Under the pieces are notes generated by a model. The model made no database searches. It was not told the origin of the DNA and worked only from the letters and a program-made list of their open reading frames with translations. Positions 13,677 through 28,100 of a DNA stretch of 64,000 nucleotides are shown here, in pieces (position 1 is the first letter of the stretch; every line of letters starts with the position of its first letter). This DNA comes from Botryllus schlosseri (Eukaryota), in the NCBI GenBank assembly GCA_051294905.1, contig CM119372.1, forward strand, positions 9,550,001 through 9,614,000. Reading direction: 5' to 3'. A program made the position numbers and the translations under genes.

Positions 13677-14154
13677 TATAAAACGCTGCACAACAAATTT
13701 GGTCCAATTCTAACAAGCATAAGCCGCTGCAGAGCCAATTGAAATGTTTCCGTTCATTATGAAAAATTTAAAAAAAAATCAAATTATTCTTTTAACCCCA
13801 TAAAATTGTTGAGTAATCTTCTAAAACGACGCAACACAACTTTGTCTCAATTCCAACTTGTAGAAGTGAAGTTATTGCAGTTGAAATTTCTGAATTTGCA
13901 AAAAATATCATTGACGGTGGGTGTATAATCGAAGAATTATTAATGAAAAAGTCATATAACTCTCCGCTTCTACGGGTTGGAATCGAGTCAAATTTGCTTT
14001 GCATCGATTTTGAAGACAACTCAACAATTTCACGGGGTTAACAGAAAAAGTGGATTTTTTTTCAAATGTTCATTATATATTTAAATTTTTAATTGGCTCT
14101 GCGGCGGCTTATACTCGTTAGAATTGGACCAAATTTGTTGTGCAGCGTTTTATA
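13677..14154. mobile_element. Palindromic MITE with ~130-bp inverted arms
   Basis: TATAAAACGCTGCACAACAAATTTGGTCCAATTCTAAC... mirrored by ...GTTAGAATTGGACCAAATTTGTTGTGCAGCGTTTTATA; TA at both ends. Confidence 0.8.
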
Positions 14155-14494
14155 GGGCAACCTGGCCAAATAATCAATTCAGATTCAAACATATTTTAAT
14201 TAGATTATCATGAATGTTAGTAATTTTAAAATTCGAGAAAGTACAATTGGAGTCGGCGCAGAATTAAATCACTCGCCACCGCCACAGTTTCTCCCCGATA
14301 GCCTTCGGCGTTCAAAAGAGGAAAAACCGGTGTGCTTTCAGCTTACGTCTAGTTGTCTACTATGTATTTCAAAGCTATAGTATGTGGCACTACACGTTTA
14401 TAGTACGACAAGAATAAAAGCACTACACGAAACACCGATATAATTTATTCTCTCTTTATTAATTTAATACTAACATTCAGCATCGTGCGCGCGG

Positions 14495-14576
14495 GGTAGC
14501 GTGGCCGAGCGGTCTAAGGCGCTGGTTTAAGGCACCAGTCATTTCGATGGCGTGGGTTCGAATCCCACCGCTGCCA
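14495..14576 (+). tRNA. tRNA-Leu(AAG)
   Basis: GGTAGCGTGGCCGAGCGGTCTAAGGCGCTGGT-TTAAGGC-ACCAG...GGTTCGAATCCCACCGCTGCCA. Paired anticodon stem, long variable arm, A and B boxes, and a TTTTT Pol III terminator at 14581-14585. Confidence 0.97.
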
Positions 14577-15178
14577 GTTCTTTTTCATGTTACATATTTT
14601 CCTGATTATATCTGGGGAAACAGTAAATACAGATACATCAAAAGTCCTAGCATAGCGACCGGCATATTTCGATTTCGTTGCCGATATATTTTTTATCTAC
14701 TGGCCTGTGGACTTTCGTTACACAATCATTTTCGCGCCACGTCCGTCTCTATGTTCTGAGTTGCACAAGACAATTATATCTGCGTGTAGCGATAACTGTA
14801 CGGATTAGTAGTTCACTGGACGCCTTAGGCAGCTAATCGATTTGTGCAGGATGCTACAATTTTCATTCCTTTGCCACGAAGCCGCCGGCCGTAAGGCGCT
14901 ATTGACCCGTAACAGTTTCGTGGCACAGTCAGGAAGTCAAGAACCGGAACTAATGTGCACAACATTGGAAATTAATGACCGTGATCTGAACATGAGAATA
15001 CTCTGCGAGTCGCTCTGAAGCCTTGTTGCGATTAAAGCTGCCGTCGGATTTTATCATTACATATGAGGATTAGATATCGATTTAGGCAAAGTCTTTTGTT
15101 GTTTCTTGATTCAGTTTACATAGGCCTGGAAGGGGTAATCGTCTGCTGATTGGCGGAATTACTGCAATTTTTCAAGAA

Positions 15179-18100
15179 ATGATTCTCCTCAGAATCACCT
15201 GCCAACTGGCTTTAAGCCTATTGGTAAGTTCGTTATGACATAATCATAAAATTTAACTTTGATAAGCCATAATATCTTTTCATCTCTGCAGATTTTGGTG
15301 TGCTCCTGTGAATCTGCGAAGAAGGTCGATTACTCTAAGCATGTGCAAAAAGTAGATAATATTAAGGACTTCAAGAAGTTACTCAGAACAAGAATAAATG
15401 TGCTGGTACTGTTCGGATCATCTGGTAAGACTTAGGTTTATAGTTATCTCTTGATTTGTTCTGGTAATTGGATCGCTGTGATATTGTGCGATGCGCCGAT
15501 AGTTATCATCATTAGCCGTACTTTGATGACTGTTAGACATTTAATGACTGATCCCAAGCACGGGTAGTTGATCATCCACTCCACACCCACACAAATTGCA
15601 ACAAGGATCACTGACCACTGATCTGCTGGGGCAAGCCGAAGTGCTAAGAGATAGTCTTAGTTTCATTACTGTTCAGATTCGGCTATCAATTCCAAAATGA
15701 AAATTTTTGGAGACGCAGCCATTGAGACGAAAGGCATCGCAACATTGCTGCGGGTGGACTGCAGCACCAAAGAGGGAAAGAAAGTAATTTATTATTTTCA
15801 TCATTTCTACTTCGAAATCGCGACTCAAACCATTTTCTGGTAAACATTTATAGGAAAAAAGTAGGCAATAAAGTCTAAATATGATCATTGCCCTTCCCGA
15901 GTTTAATATAATGATGAAGTAAACAATACAACATATGATGAAATGTATAATAAAACAAATTATATATTAATATATACTAGGCTGGGACATTAAACCAAGG
16001 TAAAATTGAAACACAATGTGCGAACGCCACACAGTATTGTATAACATAATAACAGCAGATTATGCTGAAATAGGTTCCGACTGAGCTCTGATAATTTTAG
16101 TAAATTCTGTGTCATGTTGTTCCAATGCGAAATTTGTATCCACCAGTATGATTTGCACCGTCACAAAATTCAATCTGCGTTGAACGGAACAATTCTTATC
16201 AACTTGCTTTTATGGCTTCTCTATCCAAGTGCCCCACTTATGCTAACTAATGACTCTTCAATTTTTCAGAAGTATGACATTCGATACAAGTCAAGCACTT
16301 CTCTGTCTCGTCAACGTGCTTGTTATAATTTCTGCAATGTGTTACCGACACCTATTAATTAGCTTGTGGGCACTACAGTATAAAATGGTGAAATATGTGA
16401 ATATTGAATACGGTATATAATAATATTTAATTATATACAATATTGAAAAATGTTGGTATAGCAACATTTGGGATTGCCACATGTTCCTTATTTTGCAGCT
16501 ATGTAAGAAGCAAAAAGTCAATCCCGATCCTACTGTGATCCAGCACTACAAAGATGGCGAATATAGTGCAAATTATGAAAGAAAATTCACTGTCAAGGTA
16601 AATATCTGATTATCTATTGCCATGTTTTTCTATTGTGGGAAGTCTGTGTAAGACTTGGTAGTTAGAGCCAAACAAAATTTGACTGTGGCGAGACATTGCC
16701 ACAATTAAATATATGCGTCAAAAGTCAAACAAATCAAGCCGCCTGAATTAGTCTACAGTCGATAGGTTCGCATCATGGTGACGATCTGCATAATTGATGT
16801 TCCCACTTGGCGTAAGTCTGTAATTTATTGTAATTTCCTGAAAGTAAATGTATCATTAGAGCATAAATTCATGTAGTTTTGCTGTAAACGAGCCTACACA
16901 AATGCGAAATAACTTTTACTTATAAATTAGATCATGTATACATAAACTGACGATGGTTATTCTATTTACTGATGCTACTTGATGAAATCTAGATGCACTT
17001 ATACTATAATTCTGTTGAAGGGATAAGCATGAACTTGTCTTATTATAAATAATGAAGGGTTAATAGAAATATCGATATGTGAGAGGGTTTGGTAAATTAT
17101 TTTGACTAAAGGTAGTAAACGAATTGTTTTAAAGTGCACTAAATAGCTTACAAGTGTGAGTATTTCTATAATAATTCAAAATTACTCGACCAATCTGTGT
17201 TACCAACGCAGAATGTCTAACGACGCTACATTGTGCAAATTTACAACTATACTCTCACAATATTGAATAAGCAATATTTTATTTTTCAACCATCCCGAAA
17301 AACTATTTTGCACTGAACAAGATCTAAACAGTCATGAGTGATTGTCGTCTGCAAATCTGTAGTCAGTGAGTTGAAAACACATGCTTGATAGCCGACTCCA
17401 ATACCGACCACATCTACCTGTTTGAAGGTTTGGATTTCAACGAATTGAAACTCGTATGTTCTTGCCAGCGGAGATACGTCCATGTCTGTCTCTCTTACCA
17501 TAGTATGTAATTATTTTAGTCTGTGGCTGCATTCCTGAGAAGCCCCGATGCCGATGGACCCTGGGAAGAAGAGGACGACGCGCAAGACGTTTTGCATCTG
17601 CACAACGAAAACGAGTTCAACAAACTGCTGAAAAAGAAGAAGCGCATGCTCGTCATGTTTTATGCTCCATGTGAGTAAAATTTTTGATTCTGATAAATTT
17701 TCATGTTTGCCCGTTGTCAGATAAGAATTATGATTTCTGGTCTAGGCGTCAACGATTGGATTGAATAGTCCGCCCATTTGGATGAAAAACGCTTAGGCTA
17801 TACATCAAAACGTAATTTCCGATGATATTGTGTGCGGTGTTACAGTATTGCTTGCATGTGTGTAGTAGCCTAGTACTGATCAGAGGTCTCAAGTAAGTCA
17901 CGCCTACTTCTACTTGACAGATTTTAGGGCATAAATGCATAGGCCTACAGTAGGGTGGAGTGAAAATGACTTTTTTTTTCAAATCAAAAAAGGCCTTCCT
18001 CAATCCTGACAAATGACCTAAAACTTCAATTAAAAGTGACTTCAGGGTGTTGCCCCCATTTTCCAGCCGGCAACCCCCCAATTTCTACGCGTGGGGGGGT

Positions 18101-21100
18101 AAAATGGCCCATCTCGGCAACCGCTGGTCGTAGAGTCATGATATATAGCTCAAAATCTGCGGAAGCATCATGTTTCTATCTGTCTTCTGAAGAAAGTTTT
18201 CTCTATTGTGAACACAAAATGAGTTATAGCCAAAAAACTATGTATACGCACATTTTTGTTGAAATTCAGCATTTATTCTGACGAATTGTGATCTGTCATT
18301 AGTTTTTTTTAAAGTAAAGTAACACACTGGCAATACCGAATATTGGGCCCATATTACAAATATATTCACAACACAGTCCATTTAAAATCGGTTCAAAACA
18401 TCATAATGAAACATTCACATTGAACGTCTTATATTAAAAATGCATTCTTTTGTCAAGTTTTTTCATCAGTTTACGAGACTTAATTTTTCGGCGAATGAGG
18501 CCATCTCGTCTTTGAAATCCCGAAACGTGCCCTGATGCTTCTGTTACGAGCTTTACATGATGTTCCATGCACTGTTTGATTGCGGCATGGATGAAACAAA
18601 ATCAGAGGCTTCTCGCGGCATTCTTCTAACTCTGCATCAGTTAAGTGCTCAATCGCTGGAGAAAGTTGTTGATATAAGGTTCAATATCAACCAACTCGTG
18701 GTATACCTTTGCTTCCAAGTTCAACTTTGAGACGCAGAATAAACGAACAGGACCGCAGTTCAATTGGTTGGAACCGCTATGACTCTCAATGTCCAGGAGT
18801 GAATTTTATTCAGCGGCATGTTTTCGAATCGCCAGCACCTTGGTCACACCCAATTGAAAAAAACTACGTGGAAGTGTATCTTGTTGGCCAGTTACTCAAT
18901 TCAAAAAGCTCTCGCCACCACTTATGGCCTTTCAAAAGCTCCCATAGGAAATTGTTAGTGACTTAAGTAAGGACCGGTTATATGCTTATAAATGTGCTGG
19001 GCAATTATTCAAGGAAATGCTGATGATGATCTGGCTTACTTGGAGGTTGGACCACCGGTTGCGCATTCAAGATGGCTAACTTTAGGATGCAGTGCAGAGT
19101 TTTACGGTATTATGTAACAGTTAATGAAACGCCTTTAAACCTGGAGATTCTGGTTCGTTTTTGCCTTGAAGTATATTTTCCAACTTGGTTTGAGATCAAG
19201 GGAAACAAACATATAACACATGGACTCAGAAACATCTTCAACTTGATTAAACAGGTTTTGAATTTCTCTGACCGAAACGTTCGAAAAATTGCTCCGAATG
19301 TGGTGATAAGAAACGGTTATTCCGCACACCCCGAAAATATTATGATTGCAATGCTGGTAGATGATAATGAAGACATACGAAATAAGGGTGTGACCAAGGT
19401 GCTTGCGTTTCGAAAACATGCCGCTGAATAAAATTCACTTGTGGACATTGAAAGTCATAGCAGTTCCAACCAATTGAACTGGGGTCCTATTCGTTTATTC
19501 TGTGTCCCAAAGCCAAGGCATACCACGAATTGGTTGATATTGAACCTTATCAACAACTTCCTCCAACGATTGAGCACTTAACTGATGCAGAGTTAGAAGA
19601 ATGCCGCGAGAAGCCTCTGATTTTGTTTCATCCATGCCACAATCAAACAGTGGAACGACATGTAAAGCTCGTAACAGAAGCATCAGCACTAGTTTCGGGA
19701 TTTCAAAGACGAGATGGCCTCATTCGCCGAAAAATTAAGTATCGTAAACTGATGAAAAAACTTGACAAAAGAATGCATTTTTAATAAAAGTCGTTAAATG
19801 TGAGTGTTTCATTATGATGTTTTGAACCGATTTTAAAAGGACTGTGTTGTGAATATATTTGTAATATGGGCCCAATATTCGGTATTGCCAGTGTGTTACT
19901 TTACTTTAAAGAAAACTAATGACAGATCACAATTCGTCAGAATAAATGCTGAATTTCAACAAAAATGTGCGTATATATAGTTTTTTGGCTATAACTCATT
20001 TTGTGTTCACAATAGAGAAAACTTTCTTCAGAAGACAGATAGAAACATGATGCTTCCGCAGATTTTGAGCTATATATCATGACTCTACGACCAGCGGTTG
20101 CCGAGATGGGCCATTTTACCCCCCCACGCGCAGAAATTGGGGGCAACACCCTGAAGTCACTTTCAATTGAAGTTTTAGGTCATTTGTCAGGATTGAGGAA
20201 GGCCTTTTTTGATTTGAAAAAAAAAGTCATTTTCACTCCACCCTAGCCTACAGCCCGCCCACTTGTTCTATTTTTTTTTCTACAGTATAAAGTATTTTTG
20301 TGCTATGCTTCCATCACCTTTATGAGTGAAATTTTAATGTCAATTGTATTTGTGTAATAATTATATCATATCTTCTTGGCCCATTCTTGTTTGGAAGTGA
20401 AGTCTGTAAATGCAGCGATTCCGTTCCAGACACGTGCCGCTTTTCCTTCACATTTCATCCAATTTAGAAACGTTTGTTCTCGTATTATTTGCAATAAAAA
20501 GCACGCAATGATAATTTCGATAATTTTATTGAAAACTTTACTCTCACAGGGTGCGGATTTTGTAAGCGATTCAAACCTCATTTCGGACAAGCGGCTACCG
20601 AGTTGAAAGGAAAAGTGGTGGGTATCGTTCTGCTAAGGTTGAAAGGGGCATTGCGCTCTAAATATGACGTGGTCTCAAATTAAATATACGAGTGTGAAAA
20701 AGTTTTTGCCAGCAACGATTTACCCGCTTCCATGTTCGTTAAAATCGTTAAACCTATCAACCCTGTTTGCAGATTTTTGTTGGCGTCGACGCCGATTCTT
20801 CCGACGCGTATTCGCTGCGAGAGACCTATAACGTAACCGGTTTTCCCAAGACAATCTACTTCGAGTGAGTGTCGATCGTTTTTGCGAAAATCTCGCTCAT
20901 CCGTGTTTTAACGGTATCTGTTTTATGTTTCAGAAATGGGAAAGAGAAATTCGAATACAGCGGCGGGCACAATAAGAAAGACGACATAGTCGAATGGCTC
21001 GCCGAGTGAGTTTTTCACTTTTTGATTATTACCGCCTGCCGCGGACAGCATTATTTTCTTATCCAGCCCGCAGCCAGCCAAAGAGAAAGAACCGGAAAAG

Positions 21101-24100
21101 GGCTGGGACGAAGAAGACAGCAAAGTGGACCACCTCACCGAAGACAACTTTGACGAGTTCATCGCAGAAAACAGAAAAGTCTTGGTGTTCTTTTACGCCC
21201 CCTGTGAGTTTCACAGCTTGATTTCCGTGACTGCCGAATGCCCGTAAATCAGGGCTACTCTGGCAGACCGCTGACCAAATGCGTACCTTTTGAGTGCTGA
21301 ATCCGGACCTTATTTGTCTCAGTATTAAATTAGTTTTTAACAAAACAAAACCTTCAATGCTGATTTGCAGAAACAAAGTGAAGTGTTTTCTTCTTTCTGT
21401 TCAGCTCCAGACTAACGATATGTATCCGCCTTGGTTAGAAGAGCCATAAAGTTTTTCTAAAGAATAGATTTCATATCTATGACCAGTGAGAACCTTCACC
21501 ACTGCCTTTGACTCGCTCCCACCACTAAGATGTAAAGCACTAGTAAGAAATAAAAACAATGCCAATTCTTCCACCAACTGTGACTAATAGCACAATGAAT
21601 GCACTCCACTAATTTATTATACCGGTACTAAAACGGCTTTACCAGATTTTGTATATAGTATACCGTATTATATTTGTTTGTCTGTAAATTATTTCATGGG
21701 AGTTATAATGGACCCAAGAAGATTTTAAGCTATTGTCACCGAACCTTTGTCTAGAATAGTTGAGTAGCTCTGCCGTTAATTGTCAAATTTATGTGCAAGG
21801 GTGCGGCCACTGCAAAAATCTAAAACCCAGCTGGGATGAAGCCGCCGGAATTCTAGACGAGTCACAAGCCATTGAGAAGTTAGCCGCTGTTGACGCGACT
21901 AAATATATGAGCATCGCAAACCGATACAAGGTGGTCTTCTTGTTCTGAGACACGCCTGTGCATCGAGATTTATGTGGTCTGTTCGTAGGTGAAAGGTTAT
22001 CCGACAGTGGTCTACTTTGAGGATGGTGAAGAGAAGTTTGATGCCTCGAGCGCGTTTACACGAACTACGGACGGTATCGTGAAATATATAAAAGAGTGAG
22101 TTAGTTTTGCCTACTTTTACTACTTGTGGTAATATGGTTTCAGACTACTTCCACTTTTACTTGACATATTTTGAATGAAAACTACTTTTATGGTTGAAAT
22201 TGTCATAGCAAGTGAGCAGAATAGCTTTGGCCTACATCACTGTACCTGAATATATTTTGAAAATCGTATCTATGTGCGGGTTCATTAGTCATGTTGCTTT
22301 TTTCATGAATATTCACCTCGTAAATTTCAAAAGCAGCCTGCTCTGGTTAAATACAAAAAGATTCCTCAACGAAATCTACATTTCGTATCCACTTTGAATA
22401 CATTCTGGACACGTCGTTTTCTGCCTGCACTTGAAGAAGTTTTGACACATCGTGGAAATAGCTGCTTTTACCTGTAAGCAGGAATTTGTTCAAATACTTC
22501 TAATTTTAAATTTAAATACCAAAGGTGACTACTTTCGTCACCTGTATTGACTGATAAATGCAACCCTTATAGCACATCACTCAGATTTTGGTGTCAAACT
22601 TGTTGATGACCCTGCTTGAGTATTCGTCCGGCTCTATTTGGGATCATGACTTTACTAGCGGCCTTCGATAAGCACCAAATCAATACCTGTTCTATTTCTG
22701 TAAAGCCCAACTGAACCGCCTCCTCCGGAGAAAGAATGGCACGAAGTAGAGAGCGACGTTCAACATTTGACTGACGCAGATTTCAAGGAAAAAACGAAGA
22801 AGAAAAAGCACGCACTTGTCATGTTCTACGCGCCTTGTGAGCTGATAATGGCAGGCCGGTTTTTGGATTTTTCGTAATACAATCTATTTGTACGTTTCCC
22901 AGGGTGCGGCCATTGTAAAAAGGCAAAGCCACATTACACTAACGCTGCAGCGACCTTTGCCGATGATAAAAAGGTGACTGATATCCGATATCTCGAAGTG
23001 AAATGTGTGAATATATAGTATAATATATACAATATGTGATATCTCTAGCCTGAACCACATATCAACTTATTATGACTATGCGAAATTTTGAGTCACTTTT
23101 TCAACAATTTATCGGAAACTATTGGAAATATGTCTTCTCAAAGATATCAGTTGTTCAAACACTACATAATCCCGCGGATTAAAGAAAAACGCAGCGGCAA
23201 AGTGCGCAATGTCATTTCGTCTGCTATCAGACCGTTCTACAGTGTGTCCAGTGATCACCTTAAAATTCAAATTCAAGCAGTTCATAGTGAATCAATACCA
23301 CTCCGTGTTAATTTTTGACTGATCAACTTGCCCGTACCATTTCTGTTCTACCTTTTCTATTTCCATTCTGCGTGCATGCCATTTTGAACGTGCTCTTATA
23401 TTTTTGTAGGCCAAGGACCAAGATAGCCAGGATTTTGAACGGTTGACTTAGCCTAGCCATTCTTTTCGTTTTGCTACAATTGTTGTGATAGCTTAATTGA
23501 ATTCAATTTCTAATAAAATGATGATGAGGGTTCCATTCTAACAGCCCTTGCCCGTTGTAGGTGATGTTTGCCGCTGTCGATTGCACACAGCAGAAGAAGT
23601 CGTGCGATCAATTTTCTATCAGCGGCTATCCAACCTTTTATTATATCTCCTACGGGAAGTCGCAAGTTAAATATGAAAGCGGAAGAGAGGTACGATTATT
23701 CTTCTTGTGACGTTATTGTGATGAAATGTGATCCTAGCTTGTCTTAGCTTTTTAGCAATTGTTTGTGGATGAACAAATGAATTCATAGACCTATTTAGTA
23801 GTTCTACTGAATTCTAGGAGTCAATGTCGGTGCATTGAGGCGAGTGTATATTGCATGGTGGATTCTTCTCAAAATATTGATTTCTGTTTATATTGCCATT
23901 GGAGGCATTTAATATTTGTCTAACGGGTGTTACAAACTGGAGATCTCGATGTATAACTGTGTCGTCGAGACTGCTATCCAAATACCATACATATAGGAAC
24001 TTCGATTCTAGTTCTATCTGGAGTTATAACTGACTTGAAGAACAGTTAATGTAATATTGTATCCCAATTACAATTTCTGTACATTTATCGATCACAAAAT

Positions 24101-24186
24101 TTTTGACTTTGTCCCTTATCATTTAGGAGGCGGACTTCACAGAGTACATGACGGAACGTGCCGGTGGCGCAAAAACTGAACTTTAA
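15179..24186 (+). CDS. PDIA5: Protein disulfide-isomerase A5 (PDIR), short isoform, 15 exons, ~510 aa
   Basis: Signal peptide MILLRITCQLALSLLILVCSCES. Non-catalytic N-terminal domain (KDFKKLLRTRINVLVLF..HYKDGEY). Three active domains WCGFCK (20550), WCGHCK (21800), WCGHCK (22903). Last exon 24127-24186 EADFTEYMTERAGGAKTEL*. Junctions checked are GT-AG and in phase. Confidence 0.93.
17951..20245. mobile_element. Defective hATm-type foldback element in PDIA5 intron 5
   Basis: Termini TAGGGTGGAGTGAAAATGAC / GTCATTTTCACTCCACCCTA; TSD GCCTACAG (17943-17950, 20246-20253); ~850-bp inverted arms. Confidence 0.9.
18960..19784 (+). pseudogene. Disrupted hATm-type transposase C-terminal fragment
   Basis: Motifs HSRWLT, YFPTWFEIK, NGYSAHPENIMIAML, PCHNQTVERHVKLVTEAS and RRDGLIR are spread across frameshifted ORFs. 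Confidence 0.8.
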
Positions 24187-25184
24187 CCTTAGCATATCGA
24201 GTGAAAAATCGCTGCTACCAAATCGTTCCGCTTGGCATTCCAGAGCCTTCAAGCTAGACGAAGTTTACACCTATTTTCGAAAACTCCGCAATATCGATTC
24301 CAAGAAACCTCGTTTGTTTTGTTGATTGGAATTTTTAAACTCCTAATCCGTTATATTTTTATTGCATGATGTCGGGTTACGAAAATTTCTGTCAGTTTCT
24401 AGTTTGCAACGGATTTTTGTGTATGGTGAAATGGATGCAGCAACATCTAATCTGATGTTCTCGTGCCGTACTTTTCTGTGAAAAGCTGAAGCGTAGTTAT
24501 TGTCTAGGTTAGTTTGTCTTATCTCGTACATGAAATTATTTTAGTTGTAGTTACATTTCATGGAAGCATACCCATATACTGTCTATTTTTCTGTTTCTTT
24601 AGTTGCCCAACAATGGTTGAGCAATTTAAGCGCAAAATGAAGCTTCTTGTTGTGACAGTTATGGTCTTGTGTAGTCCAGAACGGACGTTCTCCAATTTCC
24701 AGTCAAATCTGTCTTCATTACAAAATTTTGCAGTATCTATGGTTAACCTTGAATCAAATCGCACATCGAGTATGAAAATGATATATGTAAGATTTACGAT
24801 TGCCTACATGAGGATAAATTTTAAACCTAATGTTCATTCTCTGTGTCACCATGGTATTGACCTTGATGTACCAGTGCTCTGTGCACTATGACACAAACCC
24901 CTAGGCTACTAATCAATTCATGATTTGAACTGTTACTTGTGTAGGAGATATCCTTCCAAAAATTATAATTATTCTTTTGTTTAACTGTCCCGCATGCACC
25001 AATCCAATCCATTTTTCTCGGGAATTGATAGTACAGCAACACCATCAAATTATATTGAAGACTTTTTTGTGTTCTTTTTGGGTCTTCTGACGCAGATGAA
25101 ATAGAACTAATAAAAGATGATGTTTGCCATTGGTGATTGATGATTAGGTGAACTGAGTGTTATCGACGGCTTGTCTGTTGCTAG

Positions 25185-28100
25185 GAGCAAAGTTTCGTTG
25201 ACTTTCTGAAGAAAAGGGCTGTTTTAGATGATAGCAGCAGTTTTTGGGAGGGGTCTGAACACTCGGATCAACTCCACCATCTCACCGGTAATGCTTTCAT
25301 GATTTTGAAATTGGTTCATACGGTAAAAGTGTGTGTGTTGACAGAAAGAAACTGGGAGTCATTCATTGCTCATAATGCCAAAGTGTTTATTGCTTTATAC
25401 GACCCCGATTGTCCGAATTGCCAAGCCTTGAGGGAGCACATTAGTGTTCTGGCAAAGGAACTGAAAGATGAACAGGTAAGTGTCATATAACACGATGGAT
25501 GTCTTACAAATGCATTAAATCTATGATTTTTTGGGAGATGTGGGTTATGGGATTATAAAGTCAATTTCTTAAAGTCACTTGGTCGAATGTTGATTTTTTT
25601 ATTGTGTCGCACGCTCAAATGTTGGACAACCGATCCCGATGTGACGGCTATGTGTGGGTAGTTGGTTTGCCTGAAAATTTACATTTCAGATGAATGTTGA
25701 AGTCGGTGTGCTTCCTGTAGATATGAAGAGTGATGGAATTCCTCACTTATGGTCAGGTGATATAGGAGTACCGACTCTTTACTGGTATGTGCGCGGAGGC
25801 TTTCAAGCAGAATATACGGGGGTTCGAAGTACAGAGGCCATGATGCAATTCATTAAACAGTGGGTGAAAATGAGAGCCCGGCCGATATCATTTTCCTTCG
25901 AAATACCAGTAAGCCGACTCCGGCCTATCCAAGGATGACATCTCTACTACAATTTCTCAAAACGAGAGGGTCATTCAATACTCATCTGGAGAATAAATGT
26001 AAATACATGACGTAGGCTATATAAGTACTGCCAGTTCTAGTTGACATATGTCCAGAGGTGGTCAGTAACGAAGTACTTCTACTTTTTGAAGTACTTGAAG
26101 TAGATTTTTCCTACTCACACTACTTTTTAAGTAGTTATGATTTTAAACCTACCTACTTACTTACTTTTGAACCACCACTCCTACTTTCACTTGAGTAGAA
26201 ATTCTGGGGTGACTTCTACTTGAGAAGCGACGGTGACTACTTTGACCACCTCTGCATATGTCACATTTTGGTATTGGTACCGGCTCAAAATCGTGATATC
26301 GACTGGGATCTAGTAATGATGCTGGATAGTATAATCAAAACCGCGAATTTCTACGTTCTGCAGGGAGATGCAACAGTCAGATAAAATACCCTGGTCTCGT
26401 AAAGAGTCATCTGAAGACGTGTACCATCTGGATGACTCAAACTTTGAAGCATTCGTGCGCGACAATGAGGATATTTTGGTTTTCTTTTACTCGTCAAGTT
26501 TGTATAATATGTCTCAAACATTTATTTGTGTATTCAGAGAGTTCTGTTTGTTAGATTGCAAGACTTGCTCTGATATACAAGCAGCGTATGCTGAAGCGGC
26601 AACCATTGTTGAGGAGGAACATCCAGGATGGTCATTAGCGGCGGTTAACATAAGAAAAGGTTGGAATTGCTTTAAATATACCTGACCTCTATGACTGGAG
26701 CATATGTGTAATGTATCAATAATGCTCTATTATGGCAGTGCTATTCCTTGTCCGTGTATCATATGCAGATTTACCACCTCCTATTGCACATGGAACGGGT
26801 GTCTAAAAAATGTGAGCGTTGCGAGTAACTGATAATATGACTTGAGTACATACGCATATGCATCTTCGCACCGAAATCAAATGATAAAAACTGAAGATAT
26901 TTGATGACTTCAAATTGACTCAAAATCGTAAATTTGACGTGACTTGACTTGACTCGATTCTGTGAAAACTTGTGTGGCTTTGACTCCTGAAATGACTAGA
27001 ATTGACTCGAGTCAAAATTAGCAGTGGCACGATATGACTGGTGAGTCGAAGGTAGTGACTTGATCCCAACACTGCTGCGAGAAACAAAAACAAAATTTTC
27101 CAACATTACAGGCAATGCTGACTTCCACATATGGGCTGACGTATTAAAATATTAGCAGATCAGCAGTGATAAAGTACTTTAACCACTTTTACATTTAAAA
27201 TATTTGATTTCCAAATGAATTCTTTCAACACTTATGACTTTCCCAATCAGAAAGTTGTTAATGATTATAATCATCACGAATGCCATGTAGTTAGCCCCTA
27301 TAACATGATCAGATATAGTAGAAATGATACTTCCTTCAGCAAGTATTACCCACTATGCATTATCATGGTAGATTCATCTCACATATAAGTTTGTCACAGG
27401 TGAGAGCATTATATATATCCACTTAAGTGTAGCATTAGGGGCTAGCTAGCAGGGTTGTAATGACTCGACTCGAGTCACGATTTTCTGATGACTCGACTTG
27501 ACTCGAGTCATCTTCTCAAAATACGGAAATCACTCAACTCAAGTCGAGTCAATCCGTTTATTGACTCGACTTGGACTCGAATAACTGCGCATGACTCGAA
27601 CCAAGTCACATGACTCGAGACTCACACGGCCAAGACCGACATTTCATTGTAATTTCGAAGAGAAGTAAGGTAACCTCACTCGTGGGATTTCGTCTATTGG
27701 TACTGATACTTGAAAATGCGTCCAGAAACATGCTTAAAGTAAGGAAAAATAGCAAATCACAAATGCGAAATATTCGATATCACCAAACAGAGGTATAAGA
27801 GGTGGGTTTAACAAGACTTTTACTGGAAACTGAGGCGTCAACACAATGACTTGGACTCGGACTCGAGTCATAATACCATGACTCGGACTCGAATCTCTGC
27901 TCAAAGACTTGGACTCGGTGGTGAAGTGAAAATGACTCGACTTGACTCGAGTCAAAACTATAAAAGTGAGATTGACTTGTGACTCGGAGCCTTGTGACTT
28001 GGTTACAACCCTGCCAGCTAGCTACCCCAAGTCACACAATTACTCAAATGACTCAAGAAAATACATTTTCAGCTCCAAAACTGAAAATGAAATATGAGGT

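Noticed and set aside
13792..14041. Nested piggyBac MITE (TTAA-CCC..GGG-TTAA)
   Set aside because: The symmetry continues outward on both sides, so it is simply part of the larger palindromic element 13677-14154.
14730..15155. ERSE/UPRE elements upstream of PDIA5
   Set aside because: Only isolated CCACG and ATTGG half-sites, without canonical spacing.
24343..25048. ORFs 24514-24891 and others as the N-terminus of an independent second PDI gene
   Set aside because: No TRX similarity and no convincing in-phase signal-peptide exon. The 25185 exon begins with a domain-closing helix homologous to the KTEL exon. Not fully excluded without RNA data.
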